Source: Octopus vulgaris
Lineage: Eukaryota
Assembly: GCA_951406725.2 (NCBI GenBank)
Contig: OX597826.1
Span: forward strand, 71,858,001-71,922,000
Reading direction: 5' to 3'
Length of the DNA: 64,000 nt
A program made the translations under genes and the position numbers. A model generated the notes under the pieces. It was not told where the DNA came from, did not search any database, and saw only the letters and a list, made by a program, of their open reading frames with translations. Below are positions 62,196 to 64,000 of this stretch, piece by piece. The number at the start of each line of letters is the position of its first letter. Position 1 is the first letter of the stretch.

Positions 62196-62728
62196 TAGAT
62201 ATATTTGATGCCATAAGGATTAAGCAGCCTTCTGCTTTTTCTATTCGAAGGGCTTTTATCCCAATATTTACATATTGTGTCATGTCAAAAATGTTATGCT
62301 GTTACACAAACATGACCTAAAAAGAATTTGCTCTTCCAGACCTGAATGAAGTTGGCCTCTTACCCTTGGCTGTGAAAAAGGCTATCACTGTCAACATTCC
62401 CACTACCACCACCACCACCACTACCAACAACAACAACAGCAATAACAAACCATCACCATTACTATTTTCATTACCACCATCTCTACAATCACTTCCACCA
62501 CCACTTTTCCATTCTACAAGTACCTTCTTTATAAAAATACATTTATGTTTTTTTCAAAACATACTTATGTTATTGTTGTTGTGAAGCCACTGTGTGATGT
62601 GTGTTTGTTGTTGTATCATAAAAGACCTGTTTATTGTTATGTGATGTTGTGCTGTTACACACACACACACACACACACATACATGTTTATATATTTGTGA
62701 TTTATTGTTTATCGTTGTTCCTTTACAG

Positions 62729-62811
62729 ACCCGTCAACAATATAAAGGACATCTGTATTTTGGAAGGAATGAGGCAGCACTACCCAATTATTATGATTAA
62801 ACTAAAACAAG
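62729..62811 (+). CDS. HECTD3: HECTD3-like, coding exon 6 (gene continues beyond the window)
   Basis: Acceptor ttcctttacag, donor G|gtaaat. PVNNIKDICILEGMRQHYPIIMIKLKQ resembles DVCVLEDMTVHLPIIEIRI. 83 nt, phase 2 to 1. Confidence 0.9.
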
Positions 62812-63378
62812 GTAAATGACACACACACCCCACACATTACTGAATATTGCTAGAACCAGAAGAACACCGATGTAGTATGTCTATTCACATTTATCACAGG
62901 TGTTTGGTTCCAAGGAAACACTGTGTCAAATGAATCAAAGATTTTTGAATAATAGAAAATATGAAGAAAGTATTTAAATAGAACTTCTTGTGTTTCTACA
63001 TTTTCTTTTTTATGTCCTCCTGTATAGGTTGACTTTACAACCTGCACCAGTAAAGTTCAAAGGTCACTCTTGAAGTTTCTTATTGTTTTGAAAATATTTA
63101 AAATAATTTTCCACTGTGCCTGAGAGAGCAGTTATAATAAATTTGAATGAACAGTTCTTTTTCTACATATTATGATATATATATAAAAAAATAGAGTATC
63201 TTTCTTGCACACTGGATTTTTTTAATGGGATTTCATAGCTCATAATAATGGTGCACATTATACACACAAGTCTGCATTAGATAAGAATAAATACAGTAAG
63301 TCATTGGTTTCAGTGACTCTTAAGGTGTGGTAAAATGAGCTGGAACCTAATACTATAACTTTAAGATAGATAAGGGGT

Positions 63379-63417
<39 letters not shown>

Positions 63418-63616
63418 CGGAAATGTACTTGCATAGCAAGAGACCTGATTTGAGATCGTGTGCTGGAACAAAAACAATTGCAGTGTGGAAGGTGTTTATA
63501 AGCCATTTAAGAAACACACAAAAACTGTTAGATTTACTTCAATATTTAAATTTAATTTGCCAAAATATTTTCGTCCCTTTGAGACCACGACCTGTTCACT
63601 GACAAAATTCCCATGC

Positions 63617-63662
<46 letters not shown>

Positions 63663-63670
63663 TACACATA

Positions 63671-64000
63671 CAGGGTGCAGTGAATAAACTGTCATCTAAA
63701 TTACACAAAAATGAAAATAACACTGACATCTCATTTTAGCAGATATATTTACCAAAATTACATAAAAATGTCTTGAAATACTAAAGAGTAAATTTATTCA
63801 ATAAAATTGCCATTGGCTTCAACCATAGCCTCCTGACGACTTCAGAATCTTCTGCAACTCTTCTGGACGCTCTCCTTGTTTAAGTTGGTGAACGCTGCCA
63901 TAATCTTTGCCTTCAATTCATCTTTGATGTTACAAGGAGTTTTGTTGGTCTCTCACTCAACTGTGCCCCCACACATAATAACCAAGGGGGTTGCAGTCTG
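63671..64000 (-). mobile_element. maT-like transposon, right end (runs off the window)
   Basis: TA|cagggtgcagtgaataaa TIR. The reverse complement matches the C-terminal transposase region at 22320-22633. Confidence 0.88.

Overview
AT-rich, repeat-saturated animal DNA. The SINE, LINE and microsatellite repertoire points to a coleoid cephalopod, most likely Octopus (inference from repeat families). The only well-supported host gene is the 5' part of a HECTD3-like E3 ubiquitin ligase on the + strand. It has six GT-AG coding exons with consistent phases (14075-14380, 45389-45549, 52660-52891, 57860-57975, 61378-61491, 62729-62811), encodes the N-terminal region and most of the DOC/APC10 domain, and continues beyond the window. 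Intron 1 is about 31 kb. The rest is mobile-element debris: several tRNA-derived SINE families, RTE fragments and RTE-tail repeats, TAA-associated R4/Dong fragments, a decayed Penelope-like (Naiad-type) element, mariner and maT-like transposons, a piggyBac-like transposase pseudogene with TTAA MITEs, a Helitron 3' end, a solo LTR, and micro- and minisatellites. Most ORFs in the supplied track are low-complexity or repeat artefacts. I cannot establish a new biological system from this sequence alone. The best leads are a sense-strand minimal hammerhead ribozyme and a long foldback hairpin sharing the 1.2 kb intron 5, further decayed hammerhead-like motifs and foldback hairpins, a SINE that appears to prime on GT(A) targets and self-nests, a modular SINE with swapped tails, a candidate in-frame cassette exon, and an AP-1/E-box minisatellite. 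Repeat boundaries are approximate unless a TSD or TIR is quoted, and family names come from motif recall, not database searches.
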